Shown here: positions 61,340 through 64,000 of the stretch, piece by piece | Layout of the letters: every line of letters begins with the position of its first letter | Numbering within the stretch: position 1 is the first letter of the stretch | Assembly (NCBI GenBank): GCA_030704615.1 | Contig: CM060732.1 | Coordinates: 62,434,001 to 62,498,000, forward strand | Length of the DNA: 64,000 nt | Direction of reading: 5' to 3' | Source: Takakia lepidozioides | Taxonomy: Eukaryota; Plantae; Bryophyta | Made by a program: the position numbers and the translations under genes | The notes under the pieces: generated by a model | Database searches by the model: none | Seen by the model: only the letters and a program-made list of their open reading frames with translations | Told to the model about the DNA's origin: nothing

Positions 61340-64000
61340 ATGGCTTCCCAGGTTGTGGGCTCCCTTGACGCGGACTTCTTCAGTGACGACCACCCTGTTC
61401 CATTTTCTTACGAGGTGGAAGATGATGGTTTTGCGGTGGTTCATGAACTCGTCCTCGCAACGCAGTTTCGGTTGGAAAATGGTAGTCTATTCCTTCAGAG
61501 GGAAGTGTACGATGCCAATGGAAAACTGCTCAAGTACGCGTTCCAGAAACCATCGCAAACTGCACCAACCACGCAATGGAGAGTGCCTCCAGGCAGATAC
61601 AGGGTGCTGAGTGCTCCTCTGAGACAGTCTGCAGGATCGTTCGTAACTCCTGGCACGGCAGCATCAGTGGCCCAGGAGAAGACACCAGTGGTTGTGAAGA
61701 AGGAGGCGACTGCCGTTAACACTGTAGTTGACCTTTCGGACTCATCCTCCGATGACACATGTGCAATTCCGCCTGTGGATCAGCCATGTCCACATGTAGA
61801 ACCAGATGTGGAGGAGATCTCCAGTGTCATTCCTAAATTGAAAGCGATGGGTGGGATGGCAGGATTCAAGAGTGAGTTGAGGGGGATAGACTGGAGCACT
61901 TTCAATATTGAAAGGGTGGCATTCTTGCCGGAATCGTTTGATGGTAATACTGTTTTTGAGCTGCCTCCTCCTGGTCGCGTGGGGGGGATTTCCAGTCTCC
62001 TGGAAGGAATGGACAAAAAGCACGATGGGCACCCTTGGTGCCGCACAAAAACATCCAATATTCACAACAACGACAACCTCATATTCAGGCGAACAGTCTG
62101 TAATGGGCACCTGAAATGCGAGAACATGAAATGCAGACACTTCGCATTGTCAGGTGTGCAAAACCAAAGCGAATGGGATGGAGTCAGTGAGAATCCATTC
62201 AAGCCTGGGGTAACACCACCATACAGTAACACTTTTGTGTGCAAGTTCTGTAGGGTACCACCTTGCTGCCTTGCTTTGTGTGGCGCCAGAATGTATTATG
62301 TGGTGCATCGATTCAAAAACCTGACTAGAGCCTGTGTCCATTTCGGTTTTCACAACCACCCTGTGTCCAAGGGGGATTATAGGGAGAGCGTTGACACAGT
62401 CTCTCGTCTGATAAGGCAAGAGTTGGATACCAATCCAACTGGCACCACATCTGCAATTGCCATGGGGGCGAGCAAGTCCTTTCTGGAAAGCCGTATTCTG
62501 TGTGCATCAAATTCGGTTGGACGAATGCTGGAAGGACCAGCTTTGGACACTGTTATGGACCATTTCTCTGCTTTGACTTCTCCAAACATTAGGAATCAGG
62601 TGAACGCTTTAAGAATGGGCTCTGGGAGCCGAGGTTATATGGACAATATTATGGATTTGAAGAAAAGGAGCATGTACGACTACATCCAAGACAGCGTTTT
62701 CCCGGGACAAGGAGCCAGGAAAGTGTTCTTGTTCAAAATGTCCACAAAAGGTGAGGGCAGCGGGGTCAGCCTGGTTAAACGTATGCAGAAGGGTGGCGAT
62801 CTTGGCAACTGCTTCCTTATGTTCGATCATGTCAAGAGAGTTAAAGACTGGACCACAATGGCATGTCATGTTTACGACCCTGTGTACCAGCGGGTCATGA
62901 CAATTGCAGTGTGTGACATGCAGTCAGAGGACACAGACTCACAGCAGCTCATGTGGGAAGCTCTCATTCGTGTTATGGCCTCCAATGGTCTCCCATCTCC
63001 CAATTTCGTTGGTTTCATGGCCGATAGTGCTCAAGCTAACTTCAACGCTGTCCGCATTGTGTTCGGGTCGGGAGATCCAAAAGTGCCAATGCCTGGAAGA
63101 GAACGTACGTGTCTTTTCCATTGGACACAATCCCTCGACAAACACACAAAGACGTACATCAAGCCAGATATGCAGAGTATGCATCGTCAACTGTGCAAAC
63201 AGTACAAAGACGCCAAAACTATGGGGGAAGCGAATACATTGTTCCAGACAATTCGTGCCTGGTGGTACTCATCTGGAGCGGCATCGGAGGACAGCATGAG
63301 GGCACTGCAAGACTGGTTCGCATTTTGGCACTTCCGTTACCGACAGTGGGGAGCGGCCATGACAACGGTGAGTGGTTTGCATTCAAAAGTTTGTTTGGGT
63401 GCTTCCAATATATCTTTCAGGGTCCAACTCTAATATGGGCTTTGTGTTTTTTTGCCTTGCAGCATATGTCCATTGAGGAGATGGCGGACATGCCTTCTTG
63501 CAATCTTGCGGAGACAGTGCACAATGCCTGGTTGCAGCAATCCGGCAAAAAAGGGAGATTTGTATGCAGCGACGGCCGATGACCTTATTCGTGCTCTACA
63601 GCAGCAAACCAGATACAGGTCATTCTTGAGGGGTGGCCTTGGTGGCAAAGGTCCGGACAGGAGCGAGTTGATGTTGCGGGCAGCTGGAAGATCAGGGGAT
63701 CCTAGCAAAATAGCGCGGGCAGTGAGCATATGTGCAGATGGCACCCCTCTCGTGGGAAGAGTTCCCCATCTGGAAGGCGAAGAGAGATTCGGGTCTTGCA
63801 AACGGAAATTGGACACCCCTCCGGGATCGGATGCAGATTCCCATAGGGCGGACAGGGTCAACTTCTCGACGCCACGTGTTCCCTTGGATCAGAGATGGAA
63901 TTGCGGAACATCCACAGGTGAGGGCTACTCTGCCCCAGACCGGACCCCTGCATCAAGCACTGTCACTGCAATGGTTGAAGACCAGAACGTGGTGTCGCAT
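61340..64000 (+). CDS. MULE-type DDE transposase with N-terminal Cys/His (WRKY/GCM-like) zinc domain; frameshift near 63556; runs off the window
   Basis: Exon 61340-63367, intron 63368-63462, exon from 63463. Motifs LMFDHVKR (D at 62825), FMADSAQA (D at 63023), CLFHW (Mutator CxxH, 63110), NLAETVHN (E at 63511). N-terminal W..T..N.....R..C.G...C....C...C..C....C...HxGxHxH pattern. Confidence 0.8.

Larger units (their letters stand above)
54203..64000. mobile_element. Large Mutator-like (MULE) DNA transposon with cargo gene; right end outside the window
   Basis: Contains a DDE/CxxH transposase gene and a divergent ParB-methyltransferase gene. The left boundary is inferred at the G-run, GTGAGCCT hairpin and C-tract block (54203-54410). 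TIR and TSD cannot be confirmed. Confidence 0.65.

Noticed and set aside
63546-63556. Programmed -1 frameshift at AAAAAAG in the transposase
   Set aside because: The heptamer is not in the X XXY YYZ phase of the incoming frame, and the continuation needs +1/-2, not -1.

Overview
Eukaryotic, intron-rich land-plant DNA; the gene and TE content suggests a seed-free plant, which is inference. Host genes: two orphan SOS1/NHX7-like exons (2043-3515), an 11-exon signal peptide peptidase (minus, 8456-17435), a PSMD9/Nas2 proteasome chaperone (21542-23956), an Lsi2-type silicon efflux transporter (32265-38406) lying between an inverted pair of 4CL-like acyl-CoA synthetase genes (26568-30188 plus, 44245-47453 minus), and a decayed PPR fragment. 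Introns and intergenic DNA hold a hAT MITE, a long-TIR element, an L1 copy with a TSD, and stacks of 5'-truncated RTEX-like LINEs at (TC)n tracts. The stand-out is the last ~10 kb, a Mutator-like element running out of the window. Head-to-head with its DDE transposase it carries an intact 9-exon gene (~1,090 aa) fusing a ParB/Srx-type domain (DGNHRLLA) to a bacterial/phage-type beta-class N4C/N6A DNA methyltransferase fold with altered motifs. The two long introns of that gene each hold six copies of a 24-bp palindrome (CAACCTTGCGT-TG-ACGCAAGGTTG). This suggests a transposon-borne ParB/parS-like targeting and DNA-modification or anti-silencing module. All coordinates and homologies were read by eye, without database searches.
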